Assembly: GCA_965223705.1 (NCBI GenBank)
Contig: OZ245015.1
Coordinates: 4,224,001-4,288,000, forward strand
Reading direction: 5' to 3'
DNA length: 64,000 bases
From: Myxococcota bacterium
Lineage (GTDB): Bacteria; Myxococcota_A; UBA9160; UBA6930
Made by a program: the position numbers and the translations under genes. Positions 42,176 through 51,920 of this stretch are shown in pieces. Below the pieces are notes generated by a model that saw nothing but the letters and a program-made list of their open reading frames with translations, had not been told where the DNA came from and did not search any database. How positions within the stretch are numbered: position 1 is the stretch's first letter; the number at the start of each line of letters is the position of its first letter.

Positions 42176-43138
42176 TCATGGCGCCTGTTTCTTGCGGAGC
42201 GCCTCAAGAGATTCTCGGAAACGTTCGCATGGATCGCGAAGGTCGTGTCGCGGCGTCCACCAGACGAAGTCGGCCGAGAACATTTCCTCGAGTTCGCGGT
42301 AGTCCGGTTCGCCGCGGCGTTCCGGGTCGACCGAGGCGAAGTGAAGCGTCGCGATCCCGGCGCGGTCCTCCCGGGGGTCGACGCGCAGCTGGTAGGGAAC
42401 GCCGCGGTCTCGGCGGGCGTGCCCCTGCCCCGTCACGAGAATCCGCTGCGGGGCGTGATGACCTTCGAGCGATAACGCCAACCGGGCATCGCGCGCGCGT
42501 TGCACCGCGACCATTCGCGCAACCCCGCTCTCATCGAGCACCCCGCAATGCGCGTTGCGGATCACCTCCGCCAGTGCGGAAGCGTGCGTGGGCGCGAGCT
42601 CGTGGCTCGTCGGCATCCTGTCGCGAGGCGTGCTGCGGGGGAGATTCGCGGCCCGGGGTTCGAGTTCGAGCTGCAGGAGCGTCTCGAAGAGCGGCCTCCA
42701 CAGCGGGCGGCTTCCCCACCCGAGGGCATCCCAGCTCACCGCGTCATAAAAAGCGGCCAGGTCGCGATTCCCGCTCTTCCAGTAGTGACGCAGCTCGGGC
42801 GCGCGGTCGATCGCGAACATTTCGAGGAAAACCGCGGGGCGACGCCCACCGGCTGCGAGTTCCGCGATGACGCGCGCTTCCAGTCGGTGGTGGTCGGGGT
42901 GATCGTGCTGCTCGCCGAGGATGACGAAGGTCGCGCGTCTCAGCTCGCGAAACAGCGTGTCGGCGTCGATCCACTGTTCTCGGTTCAGGTCGGCGATGCG
43001 GCCGACCCACGGATGATCGAGATCATGCGCGGCGCGCCAGGCCTCACCTTCCCCGGAAGCGGGCGCCGCGCACCAAGCAATCGCCAGTAGGCACGCGATT
43101 GCAATCCAACAACGGTTTCGGTCGCGCGAAAAAGCCAC
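42176..43138 (-). CDS. ChaN-family (heme-uptake/TIKI-like) exported protein
   Basis: Signal peptide; ILGEQHDHPDHH, LEMF, AHCG, QRARD, GQGH. Confidence 0.8.
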   Translation of the reverse strand: MAFSRDRNRCWIAIACLLAIAWCAAPASGEGEAWRAAHDLDHPWVGRIADLNREQWIDADTLFRELRRATFVILGEQHDHPDHHRLEARVIAELAAGGRRPAVFLEMFAIDRAPELRHYWKSGNRDLAAFYDAVSWDALGWGSRPLWRPLFETLLQLELEPRAANLPRSTPRDRMPTSHELAPTHASALAEVIRNAHCGVLDESGVARMVAVQRARDARLALSLEGHHAPQRILVTGQGHARRDRGVPYQLRVDPREDRAGIATLHFASVDPERRGEPDYRELEEMFSADFVWWTPRHDLRDPCERFRESLEALRKKQAP

Positions 43139-43190
43139 GACGGCAGCCTAGGTCCGGCCGAGGTTCTGCGCTCGCGCACTTCGGACCTAA

Positions 43191-44543
43191 ATGAGTTATC
43201 CAGCGGTCGTGGAAAAACGCTCCCGCCCGACCGAGGAGAAGCCCGCTCGCTCGAGTCGTATTCCGGCGGGTCGGATCGAACGGCTCGCCCGTATCGGTTG
43301 GCTCGCCGGGGAAGCGGCGCTCGGCGGCCTCGCCGAACGCGGGCGGCGCGTGGGCAAGCCCGCGGGCGATTACCATCCGCTGCTTTCGGCGAGCAACGCC
43401 GAACGGCTGACCCGTCGTTTGTCTACGTTGCGCGGTGCCGCGATGAAACTCGGGCAGCTCCTGTCTCTCGAAGGAGAAGACTTCCTACCGCCCGAGTTTT
43501 CCGACGCGCTTCTCGCACTGCGCGCGGATGCCGACGCGATGCCGAGAACGCAACTCGCGCGCGTACTGGGACGGGCTTGGGGAAAAGGCTGGGAAGATCG
43601 GATCGATGCGTTCGATTGGGATCCCATCGCGGCGGCTTCGATCGGACAGGTCCACGTCGGGGAACACGGGGGACGCGCTCTCGCCTTCAAAGTGCAGTAC
43701 CCGGGCGTCGCGCAGAGCATCGAAAGCGATCTCGACAACTTGGCGAGCGTGTTTCGTCTCGCGCGCCTGCTGCCGGAGGAGATCGATCTCGATCCGGTAG
43801 TCGCAGAAGCGAAGCAACAACTTCGGGGGGAAGCGGATTACCTCGAGGAAGCCGCGGCGCTCGAGCGCTATCGCGAGCTCCTCGCCGACGAGGCTCGGTG
43901 CGCCGTCCCGGCGGTCGACCGCGAATGGACAACCCGCCGCGTCCTCGCCATGGATTTTCTTTCCGGTCGCCCTCTCGAAGATCTCCGCGGCTCCGAGTAC
44001 AGCGACGAAGAGCGCGACCGCGTCGCAGAACTCCTGTTCCGAATCCTCTTTCGCGAGCTCTTCGAGTGGCGCTATTGCCAAACCGATCCGAATTTCGCGA
44101 ATTACCTCTACGACCCGAAGACCGGCCAGCTCGGGTTGATCGATCTCGGCTCTGCGCGCGAGGTTCCGGAGCGGCTGTCCGCGTTGTATTTGGAGATTTT
44201 TCGCGCGGGCCTGGCCAACCGTCGCGGGCGTCTCGAAGAGCTCGGTTGCGAAGTGGGATTCTTCTCTCCCGACGAGCGCCGCGACCGGATCGAAAGCGTG
44301 GTCGACATGATGGAGCTCGCCTGCGAGCCATTTCACCGCGACGGCTACGACTGTGGCGCGTCCGATCTCGCGAAGCGGCTCCGCGAGCGCGGTTTCGCGC
44401 TGACCTTCGAACAGGGCTTTGCGCAGCCACCGCCAGCCGAAACGATGTTCCTCCACCGAAAGATCGGGGGTACGTTTTTGCTCACGTCGCGTCTGCGCGC
44501 CCGCATCGCGGGGCGCACGCTGATCGAGCGCTTTATCGGTTAG
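43191..44543 (+). CDS. ABC1/UbiB/COQ8-family atypical kinase
   Basis: GAAMKLGQ, AAASIGQVH, KVQYPG, EADY, QTDPNFAN, DLG. Confidence 0.92.
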   Translation: MSYPAVVEKRSRPTEEKPARSSRIPAGRIERLARIGWLAGEAALGGLAERGRRVGKPAGDYHPLLSASNAERLTRRLSTLRGAAMKLGQLLSLEGEDFLPPEFSDALLALRADADAMPRTQLARVLGRAWGKGWEDRIDAFDWDPIAAASIGQVHVGEHGGRALAFKVQYPGVAQSIESDLDNLASVFRLARLLPEEIDLDPVVAEAKQQLRGEADYLEEAAALERYRELLADEARCAVPAVDREWTTRRVLAMDFLSGRPLEDLRGSEYSDEERDRVAELLFRILFRELFEWRYCQTDPNFANYLYDPKTGQLGLIDLGSAREVPERLSALYLEIFRAGLANRRGRLEELGCEVGFFSPDERRDRIESVVDMMELACEPFHRDGYDCGASDLAKRLRERGFALTFEQGFAQPPPAETMFLHRKIGGTFLLTSRLRARIAGRTLIERFIG

Positions 44544-44572
44544 GGTTCGACCATCGAGAAAGGGACGTTCAC

Positions 44573-45853
44573 ATGGCTCGCGTTGAGGACAACGAAACCG
44601 GCACCGACCCGGTTCCCTTCGGCGTCAATATCGCACTCGCGTGCCTAGCGGCCGCGCAAGCCCTCTGGGCCGGCTTTCAGTGGTGGGAGCTCGGCGAATT
44701 GCGGCGCGGTGCGACGACGCTTTGCGACCAAGCGGGAGGAAACTGCGCGGACGCGTGGGACGGGCCGTTGGCGTCGGCCATCCACGATCTGACAGGCCTG
44801 CCGGTCGCCGGTTGGGGCGTCGTTTGGGGCGTCGCCGCGACCGCCGTGGTTCTGCTGCGCATGACGGCTTCGAGCGAAGCGCGTCGGGCGGTCTTCGGGG
44901 GCGCAGTGCGCGCCTTGGGCTTGATCGGCGTGCTCTCCGTCCTGGTGCTGGGCGGAACGCTGATGGCGGAAGGCGTCTTCTGCCTCACGTGCGTGGTGAC
45001 CTACTTGCTGGTGCTCGGTTACGCCGCGATCGCCTGGGCCGTGTCGCTCGGTCAGGTTCGCTTCGGCCCGGGGATCGGCGTGGCCGCGGCCTGCTGCGCC
45101 GTCGTTTTCGTCCTGGCGCTGCTCACCGGGCGCGATACTCCGCGCAGCAACGTCGCCGAGCTTCCTCCAGTCGTGGTCGACGAAGGGCCGCTCTCCGAAC
45201 GACTCGCACTCTTCCTCGAAGCCCTTCCCGAGGACGGCCGACAGATCCTCGCGCGCGAAATCGCGGCGTTTCGCGCCGCCGAACCGGTCGCGCTGCCTCC
45301 GGCGCCGGGCTTGGTCGGTGTTCCGAACGCCGCCGTACGCATCACGGACTTCCACGATCCGCTCTGCCCGCACTGCGCGTCGCTCCATCAGGTACTCGAA
45401 CGCCTACACGCCGATCTGCCCGAAGGGCAACTGGCCATCGACCCGCACCACTACCCTCTCGATGCGACCTGCAACCCGGCTCTCAGCTCCGAACCGCGGG
45501 GCAGTGTTCGGTGCGACGCGAGCCGCGCGCTGATTTGTCTCGAGAGCGACCCCAAGGGCTTCGAATACTCGTCGGCGGTGTTCTTGAATCAAGAAAGGCT
45601 TACTCGGGAGAAGCTCTTCGAGCTCGCCGAACCGTTCATGGACCGGCCGAGCCTCGAGGCGTGCATTGCGAGCGAGGCCACCGAAGAACGGCTCCAAGCC
45701 GACATCGCCTGGGCCGCGGACCAGGGGATCCGCGGAACGCCGTTCGTATTCTTGAACGGAAAGTCCGTGCCGGGATTCCCGCCGCTGATCTACGCGCTGG
45801 TGCTCGCATCGGGCGATGCCGATCACCCGGCATTTTTGGCACTGTCGAAGTAG
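44573..45853 (+). CDS. VKOR-DsbA/thioredoxin fusion protein
   Basis: CDQAGGNC loop, GLPVA, FCLTC (VKOR part); DPLCPHC and GTP (DsbA part). Confidence 0.88.
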   Translation: MARVEDNETGTDPVPFGVNIALACLAAAQALWAGFQWWELGELRRGATTLCDQAGGNCADAWDGPLASAIHDLTGLPVAGWGVVWGVAATAVVLLRMTASSEARRAVFGGAVRALGLIGVLSVLVLGGTLMAEGVFCLTCVVTYLLVLGYAAIAWAVSLGQVRFGPGIGVAAACCAVVFVLALLTGRDTPRSNVAELPPVVVDEGPLSERLALFLEALPEDGRQILAREIAAFRAAEPVALPPAPGLVGVPNAAVRITDFHDPLCPHCASLHQVLERLHADLPEGQLAIDPHHYPLDATCNPALSSEPRGSVRCDASRALICLESDPKGFEYSSAVFLNQERLTREKLFELAEPFMDRPSLEACIASEATEERLQADIAWAADQGIRGTPFVFLNGKSVPGFPPLIYALVLASGDADHPAFLALSK

Positions 45854-45862
45854 GAGCGGCGC

Positions 45863-46297
45863 CTACTGGAAGTCGCGGAGCATCTTGCGCAGCTCCATGG
45901 TGTGCTGCTCCTCCGCGGCGATCATCTGCCGCGCGAACTCTTCGATAAAGACACTCTCGCCTTCGACCAGACCCAAGAGCTCTTTGTACAAGTCGATCGA
46001 AGTCTTCTCGTGCTTCAGGCTTTCCGCGAGCAGCGTTTCCGTGCGGTGTTGGTTCGATTCGGCCATCGGGGAGATTTTCATCGTGGGATGCCCGCCGAGA
46101 CCCGTGAGGAGTTCCCCGACTTGCTCGGCGTGCTGCAGCGATTCTGCCGCTTGCGCTCGCATGAAGTCGACGATGGGGATCCGGTTCGGGCCGGTCACCA
46201 TGAGGGCGTAGTGCGTGTACCGCACGACGCCCGCGAGCTCGTATTCCATAATGCGTTTCAGAACGTCGGTCGTGCGTTCGGTATCGAGATTGTCCAC
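45863..46297 (-). CDS. Bacterioferritin-like (ferritin-like di-iron) protein
   Basis: ELAGVVRY, ESLQHA, LGGHP, HE, EEQH. Confidence 0.88.
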   Translation of the reverse strand: MDNLDTERTTDVLKRIMEYELAGVVRYTHYALMVTGPNRIPIVDFMRAQAAESLQHAEQVGELLTGLGGHPTMKISPMAESNQHRTETLLAESLKHEKTSIDLYKELLGLVEGESVFIEEFARQMIAAEEQHTMELRKMLRDFQ

Positions 46298-46376
46298 GGG
46301 TGGAATTTTAGCGGGCTCCCGGCGGCAAGCGACCGGCAAATGCCCGCGTAACTCGGCGTCGGAACGGCGGGGAAGA

Positions 46377-46404
46377 AAAAGTCGCAAAGTTTTTTGTCAC
46401 TTTT
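46377..46404. promoter_or_regulatory. AT-rich inverted repeat in a divergent promoter (candidate transcription-factor site)
   Basis: AAAAGTCGCAAA-N4-TTTGTCACTTTT (10 of 12 positions symmetric). Confidence 0.5.
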
Positions 46405-46447
46405 CGGAGGGCCGCTGGCACTCCCTCCACAGGGAGGCCTTGGGGAT

Positions 46448-46699
46448 ATGGCACAGGCGTTTGCGAGCTACCGAAACTTCGATTCATTCATGGCCGGCGG
46501 CTACGTCGACGAGCACGGCGAAGACGTCGCTCTCGATCCCACCGACATCAATCGCGCCATCGAAGAAATGAAGAAAGGCCTGACCGCTCGGGGTATCAAG
46601 CGCCGCCTGCTTCAGGAGGACCTGTCGGCCGAAGACGTGCTCCACCTCGTGAGGCGCCTCGAGTCCCTCGGCGCCGTAGACGCCCCCCTGGCCCGGTAA
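46448..46699 (+). CDS. Small hypothetical protein
   Basis: GGGGA before ATG; GC3-rich codons; acidic/helical 83 aa. Confidence 0.65.
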   Translation: MAQAFASYRNFDSFMAGGYVDEHGEDVALDPTDINRAIEEMKKGLTARGIKRRLLQEDLSAEDVLHLVRRLESLGAVDAPLAR

Positions 46700-48174
46700 G
46701 CACTCGGAATCGCGACCTTCAACAGGTCGCCTGCGCCCAGACGCGAATCGACTTCAATACCGTTCGCGACCGCGAGTTCCGGAAGGCTCCAAGCGTTCCG
46801 AGTCCGGTTCGAAAACGCCTGCAAGCTCTCGCCGCCGCGAGCGACCGCCACACCGAGGTGGAGGCTCACGATGCTGGACCGTTCGGATGCGTTGAGGCCT
46901 CGGAAACTCTCGGCCGTGCGGCGGAACGAAGAGCCGTACTCTCCGTATTTCTGCTCGGGCGCCATTGCCTGAAACCGGAACATACCCGCGGGATGATCGA
47001 TCCACGTGAGGTCGACCGTCGCCGGCTGGCCCTGCACCTGGGCCTTGGCCAACGCGCGGTAAGCGCGCCGTCCGCCGATCTGCACGGACCGTCCACTCTC
47101 GAACTGGATCTGCTTCTCCTGCGCGAACTGGTTGGCCGCGGTTTTCGGATCTCCGCTCTGCCCCTGAAGCTCGAGCACGATCATCGCGTCCTGCGCCGGC
47201 GACATCCCGGCGACGGCGGTTTTCGCGTTCTGCGTCTGCCAGCCCGGGGGAAAGACGAACGTGAAATCCATGTCCGGGTGCAGAAAGCGCTCTTCTTGAA
47301 AAACGCCTTCCGCCGGGTCGGGACCGATTTGAAGCCCTTGTAGAAGACGCAAATACGCGCCCCGGTCCGGGGCGATCGGCGGCGCCTGTGCACGGGTGAG
47401 CCCGGTCGCGCGCTCTCGGGTCGTGGCGACGCGTTCGGACGTCAGCGGATGCGAATCGAGGAAACTCGGCATCCGATCCTTTCCGGTGCGCCGCTTCGAA
47501 TCGCGTTCGAGTGAGCGCAAGAAGAACGCCATGCCGTTCGGATCCCATCCCGCGGCCGCAGCCATCCGCTGCCCGATGTCGTCGGACTGGCGTTCTTGAT
47601 CTCGACCGTAAGAAGCGATGAGTCCCGCGCCGGCGGCCTGCGCGATCTGCCCGACCTGCTGCGCTGCCTGGCCGCCTCCCGCCGCCCCGGCGAGCACGGT
47701 GCCGAGCACGCCGAGGAGCCCCACGCCCAGCGCGCGGGTCTCGCGCTGGGCCGAGTGGCGCGCCGCGACGTGGGCAATTTCGTGGCCGACGACGTTGGCG
47801 AGCTCAGCTTCGGAATTCGAGAGCGCGAGCAGACCGCGAGACACGTAGATGTACCCACCGGGCAGGGCGAAGGCGTTCGGCTCCGGCATGTCCGCGATGG
47901 CGAAGTGGTACGTGACGTCCTTTCGGGGAGAGAAGCGAGCCAACCGCTGGCCCATCTGATCGATGTACTTCTCGAGCGCGGGCGCTTCGACGAGCCCGAT
48001 GCTCTGCGCCACCTGTTGTGCCGCCTGTGCCCCGACGGCGGCCTCGCGCTCCGGTGACATGAGGACGAGCTCGCGTTGGCCGGTGACCGGGTTCGTCGAA
48101 CAACCCAACCAGAAGAGGGTGAGTGCGATTCCAATCCACGCCGTCACGCGCCGACGGCTCTGTCCGTGCCTCAC
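46612..48174 (-). CDS. M48-family Zn metalloprotease lipoprotein (paralog of 16140-17723)
   Basis: LGC lipobox, [29 protein letters not shown]. Confidence 0.9.
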   Translation of the reverse strand: MRHGQSRRRVTAWIGIALTLFWLGCSTNPVTGQRELVLMSPEREAAVGAQAAQQVAQSIGLVEAPALEKYIDQMGQRLARFSPRKDVTYHFAIADMPEPNAFALPGGYIYVSRGLLALSNSEAELANVVGHEIAHVAARHSAQRETRALGVGLLGVLGTVLAGAAGGGQAAQQVGQIAQAAGAGLIASYGRDQERQSDDIGQRMAAAAGWDPNGMAFFLRSLERDSKRRTGKDRMPSFLDSHPLTSERVATTRERATGLTRAQAPPIAPDRGAYLRLLQGLQIGPDPAEGVFQEERFLHPDMDFTFVFPPGWQTQNAKTAVAGMSPAQDAMIVLELQGQSGDPKTAANQFAQEKQIQFESGRSVQIGGRRAYRALAKAQVQGQPATVDLTWIDHPAGMFRFQAMAPEQKYGEYGSSFRRTAESFRGLNASERSSIVSLHLGVAVARGGESLQAFSNRTRNAWSLPELAVANGIEVDSRLGAGDLLKVAIPSAYRARGASTAPRDSRRLTRWSTSSADRSS

Positions 48175-48887
48175 TTCGGGGCGACCTCCACCGTTAGCGT
48201 CACGCCCCCGCCGAGTTCGACGTCCGCGGCCTCGACCGGCGTCGTCACCGCGGCTTCCGCCGTCCGCGCCATGAAACGCTCTGGGGACGGCGGGCTGACT
48301 CGCGTGGCGCCGTCTTCTTCGACGTGCAGAATGCGGAGAATCTTCAAACCGAGTGCGTCCGCTACGCCCGAGGCCTTGTCCCGCGCTTCGCGCGCGGCGC
48401 GGGTGAGGGCCTCTCGGCGCAACGCCGCCGGCTCGACGAGCCCGAACTGCAGACGCTCGACCTGGTTCGCGCCCGCTCCGATCCCCGCATCGATGAGCTC
48501 GCCGACGGTCGCGAGCTTCCGACTCTCGACGTGAACGGTGTTGCTGGCGGTGTAGCCGACGATCTCGCGCACACCGTTCTTCGGATACACGTACTTCGGA
48601 GTGAGTCCGTAGCCCAAGGTTTCGACGCTTCCGTCCGACCCGAGAACCGCTTTCAGCGCGTTGAGTACCGCGGCTTGCTTCTTCGCGTTCTGCGCAGCCG
48701 CGAGGTCCGCGCGCTTCGCTTCCGTGATGACCGAGAAAGCGATCGCGACCTGATCCGGTGGGGCGCTCGCCGTCGCGCGAGCGTGGACGCGAAGGGTCGA
48801 TGGCTCAGTAGTCTCGGCGGACGCGACGGCGGGGAAGAGCCCCGCGACGAGCAGCGCGACGAGTACGCAACGGACATGTCGATGCAC
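48171..48887 (-). CDS. SIMPL/DUF541-domain periplasmic protein
   Basis: Signal peptide; PD, GYTASN, GAN, ALTRAAREARDKA; start 48887 or 48911. Confidence 0.88.
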   Translation of the reverse strand: MHRHVRCVLVALLVAGLFPAVASAETTEPSTLRVHARATASAPPDQVAIAFSVITEAKRADLAAAQNAKKQAAVLNALKAVLGSDGSVETLGYGLTPKYVYPKNGVREIVGYTASNTVHVESRKLATVGELIDAGIGAGANQVERLQFGLVEPAALRREALTRAAREARDKASGVADALGLKILRILHVEEDGATRVSPPSPERFMARTAEAAVTTPVEAADVELGGGVTLTVEVAPK

Positions 48888-48922
48888 TTTGGGCTCCGGC
48901 GCAGCAGACACGAAGGCGCGTT

Positions 48923-49990
48923 CTATGCGCCGCGATTGTGCACGAGCACGCGCTCGTCCTCGTCGAACCGCACGCGAACTTTCGCCGGGCCGGCCACGGC
49001 TTGCACGACGCCCATGCCGAGCGTCGGATGCTGAATACGGTCGCCCGGCGCGTACGCTTCGGTCGTCGCGTAGTCGCGCACGGGGCGACTCAAGTCCGCC
49101 TCGACGTTCTCTTCGACTGCGGCCGCGGCCTTCGCGCGCGGCGTGGGCTTCGGCTTGACCACGCCGGCACGGGGCTCCCACGCGGTGTCGACGCCCGGGT
49201 TGTGCGGAAGCTTCGGTCCGTCGTCGTCGGTCTCGAGCCACGGATCGCCGCGAAGCTTCATCCCGAGGTACTGCACCGGAATCGCCAAGTGCTCCTCGAC
49301 TTCGTTTGCGAGCCGCTCCATTTCGCGGATCCAGCGCGCGCCCTTCTGTGCTTCGCGCTTGCGACAAAGTTCCCAGTAACGGGGCGTCCCGATCAATGCG
49401 ACCGCAGGCGTTGCCGCCGCCGGTTCGACGCCGAATTGCTCCGCCGCCTCTTTTCGGAGGTCTTCGATGTTCGCGGCGATGATCGCGCTGGCTGCGAGCG
49501 TCTCGAGCAGCGCTCGAAGGGGGGTGTCACCCGTGGTTCCGCGCGAAGCATCGGGGGGCAAGAAGCGGAACGCCGCAGCGATCAATCGATCGTCCTGATC
49601 GATGGCCAGCAAATCGAGCTTTCCGACCCCGGTGTTGGGGTCGAGGGGATCGGTCTTGTCTGCGGTCCCGCTGGTCAGCGGGACGCCCCAGTCGACGAAG
49701 CGAAGGGTCTGCTCGTCATCGCACGGGAGCGCCGTGTCGAGCCCCAGACGGAGCAGCGCCCGGCTGACATGCTCGACTTCTTTCTTTCCGAGCCGCGCCG
49801 GGTGCTTGGGGAAAAAGCGCTTCCCCGCGGCGGCACGGCGAGGCGCGCGCTCTCGTTGTTTTGCGTAAAGCGCCGCTAGTTTTTCGCCGGTAAGTTCCTC
49901 GGCGACTTCGCGGAAGCCCTTCGACTGGCGCACCCTGCGATCGGCGGCCAGCTGAAGCAGTGTCTCGGCTTGAATAGTCTCGTCGCCCAC
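48923..49990 (-). CDS. Hypothetical protein: degenerate PD-(D/E)XK-like region plus C-terminal PcrA/UvrD-CTD-like Tudor domain
   Basis: GKLDLLAID...LIAAAFR...DTPLRALLE; C-terminal YAPGDRIQHPTLGMGVV...KVRVRF. Confidence 0.75.
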   Translation of the reverse strand: MGDETIQAETLLQLAADRRVRQSKGFREVAEELTGEKLAALYAKQRERAPRRAAAGKRFFPKHPARLGKKEVEHVSRALLRLGLDTALPCDDEQTLRFVDWGVPLTSGTADKTDPLDPNTGVGKLDLLAIDQDDRLIAAAFRFLPPDASRGTTGDTPLRALLETLAASAIIAANIEDLRKEAAEQFGVEPAAATPAVALIGTPRYWELCRKREAQKGARWIREMERLANEVEEHLAIPVQYLGMKLRGDPWLETDDDGPKLPHNPGVDTAWEPRAGVVKPKPTPRAKAAAAVEENVEADLSRPVRDYATTEAYAPGDRIQHPTLGMGVVQAVAGPAKVRVRFDEDERVLVHNRGA

Positions 49991-50049
49991 GATCCTCCCC
50001 CTTGGGCACAGAATAACCCGCTTGGACGCTTAGGAGTGGAGACAAACCC

Positions 50050-51438
50050 TTGAGTCGCTTTTTCTCACCTGCCGGGTCGTGCCTGAAACGCGTAATGATC
50101 GCGGCTCTGGCGGTTTTCGCCCTGTCTTGCGGCGGAGACGGGGATTCCCCGGCCGCCTGCGGCGAGCTCTTTTTGGGGGTAGATCCGGGCGCAGAGGGCT
50201 GTCGGGGCGAGCGCTGCGGCCTCGTCGCCGCGCTCGAACGCGCCGCCGCTTGCCCCGAGCGCGCCTTCACCCTCGAATTGGCCGAGGGGACAATTACGCT
50301 GACTGCGAGTCACAACGATGAGCGCGGCCCGACCGGGCTACCGGTCGTCGTCGGGCCCGTGACGCTGCGCGCGGCCGGCGAGGTCTCGATCGAGCGCCCC
50401 GACGAGAGCGAGGCGGAACCGTTTCGAATCGCCCGGGTGGCTCCCACGGGTCATCTCGAGCTCATCGGAATCACCGTCCGCGGGGGAGCGGCGGACCTGG
50501 GGGGCGGGATCTACAACGAAGGCCGCCTCACCCTCCGCGAGTCCGTGGTCGAACGCGGGCGGGCCCAACAGGCCGGCGGCGGCATCTACAACGCCGGGTT
50601 GTTGGTCATGGAGCGCGGCGCCCTGCGCGAGAACCGAGCCGGGAGCGAGACCCCGGGCTTGACCCGTGGCCTCGGGGGAGGCCTCTTCTCGAAGCTCGGG
50701 GCGACCGCGATTCTCGACCGGGTGACCGTCACGGACAATCGCGCCGAAGACGGCGGCGGCCTGGCGGGAGAAGGCCTCGTCGAGGTGCGAAACAGCTTGT
50801 TCCGCCACAACCGGGCCGAGCGCGGCGGCGGTATCGCGGCGATCGGCGGGCCGGTGCTGGCGATCCGCTCCACCTGGCACGAAAACGAAGCGCGGGTGGC
50901 GGGCGGCGCGGCGTTCGTCGCGACCGCGGGGACCGCGCGCATCGACACCAGCACGATCTCCGACAACACGAGCTTCGGCGAAGGCGGTGGTCTCGCCGTC
51001 GACGGTTCGCTCGACATCGTCGGCAGCACGATCTTCGGCAACTGGGCGCGACCGGGTGGCGAGGGCGGCGGCCTGGCCACGAGTGCGGAAAGCGCGACGA
51101 GCAGCCGCGCTTCGGTCATCGCGGGTAGTCGAAGCGGTGGCGATTGCCGCGTCGAGGGTCACCTCCGAACCGCCGACCGAAACCTGGACAGCGACGATTC
51201 TTGTGCGGGTTTTCTCACAGCCCTCGATCCGATGGGGCTTTTTCACGACCTGAAAGACAACGGTGGAGACACCCCGACGCATCTGCCGTGGGATGCGAGC
51301 CCGGTGATCGACAGCCGAATCGCATCGTGCGACGCGCCCGACCAGCGCGGGCTCGCGCGTGGCGCCGACGGCGACCGCGACGGCGAACCCGCTTGCGATC
51401 TCGGAGCCACCGAACTCCGGCCGAACGACCGCCCCTAG
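50050..51438 (+). CDS. Beta-helix repeat lipoprotein with choice-of-anchor-Q-like C-terminus
   Basis: ALSC lipobox; GGGIYN and N.A..GGG repeats; DNGGDTPTH...SPVID...DQRG...DGDRDG...CDLGATE. Confidence 0.8.
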   Translation: MSRFFSPAGSCLKRVMIAALAVFALSCGGDGDSPAACGELFLGVDPGAEGCRGERCGLVAALERAAACPERAFTLELAEGTITLTASHNDERGPTGLPVVVGPVTLRAAGEVSIERPDESEAEPFRIARVAPTGHLELIGITVRGGAADLGGGIYNEGRLTLRESVVERGRAQQAGGGIYNAGLLVMERGALRENRAGSETPGLTRGLGGGLFSKLGATAILDRVTVTDNRAEDGGGLAGEGLVEVRNSLFRHNRAERGGGIAAIGGPVLAIRSTWHENEARVAGGAAFVATAGTARIDTSTISDNTSFGEGGGLAVDGSLDIVGSTIFGNWARPGGEGGGLATSAESATSSRASVIAGSRSGGDCRVEGHLRTADRNLDSDDSCAGFLTALDPMGLFHDLKDNGGDTPTHLPWDASPVIDSRIASCDAPDQRGLARGADGDRDGEPACDLGATELRPNDRP

Positions 51439-51521
51439 GCGCGGACTTTCTCTGTCGCGCCCGGTGGCGTGGTAGCCTTGCGATCGCGGTCTCCGGGGGG
51501 AGGCTGCCGGAGGATCGAGAC

Positions 51522-51902
51522 ATGGGTTTCCTGCGCGGCTACGAAGCTCCGATCTATGCAGTGATGCGGATTGTGGTGGGGTTCCTCTTCCTCGCCCACG
51601 GCGTTCAGAAGGTCATGGCGGGCGCCCCGCCCGAGAGCATGCCGGCGCCGGTCTTCTGGATCGCCGCGATCGTCGAGCTGGTGGGCGGCGCGCTCGTCAT
51701 GATCGGCCTGCTGGGTGGCCTCGCGGCTTTCATTTGTAGTGGCCTGATGGCGGTCGCTTACTTTATGGTCCACCAGCCCATGGGGCTCCTCCCCATCCAC
51801 AACGATGGCGAACTCGCAGCCCTGTACTGCTGGGTATTCCTCTTCATCGCTTCGCGCGGATCCGGCATTTGGAGTGTCGATTCCGCTCGCGGGGCTGCCT
51901 GA
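51522..51902 (+). CDS. DoxX-family membrane protein
   Basis: MRIVVGFLFLAHGVQK, ELVGG, MAVAYFMVH, GELA, GSGIWSVD. Confidence 0.92.
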   Translation: MGFLRGYEAPIYAVMRIVVGFLFLAHGVQKVMAGAPPESMPAPVFWIAAIVELVGGALVMIGLLGGLAAFICSGLMAVAYFMVHQPMGLLPIHNDGELAALYCWVFLFIASRGSGIWSVDSARGAA

Positions 51903-51920
51903 CACGGAAAGACGGAACGG

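Noticed and set aside
43298..44572. Apparent 425-aa N-terminal extension of the VKOR-DsbA ORF; similar extensions on the aldo/keto reductase, acyl-CoA dehydrogenase, ferredoxin, groES and SIMPL ORFs
   Set aside because: They overlap other real genes or intergenic DNA; internal starts fit the families better.
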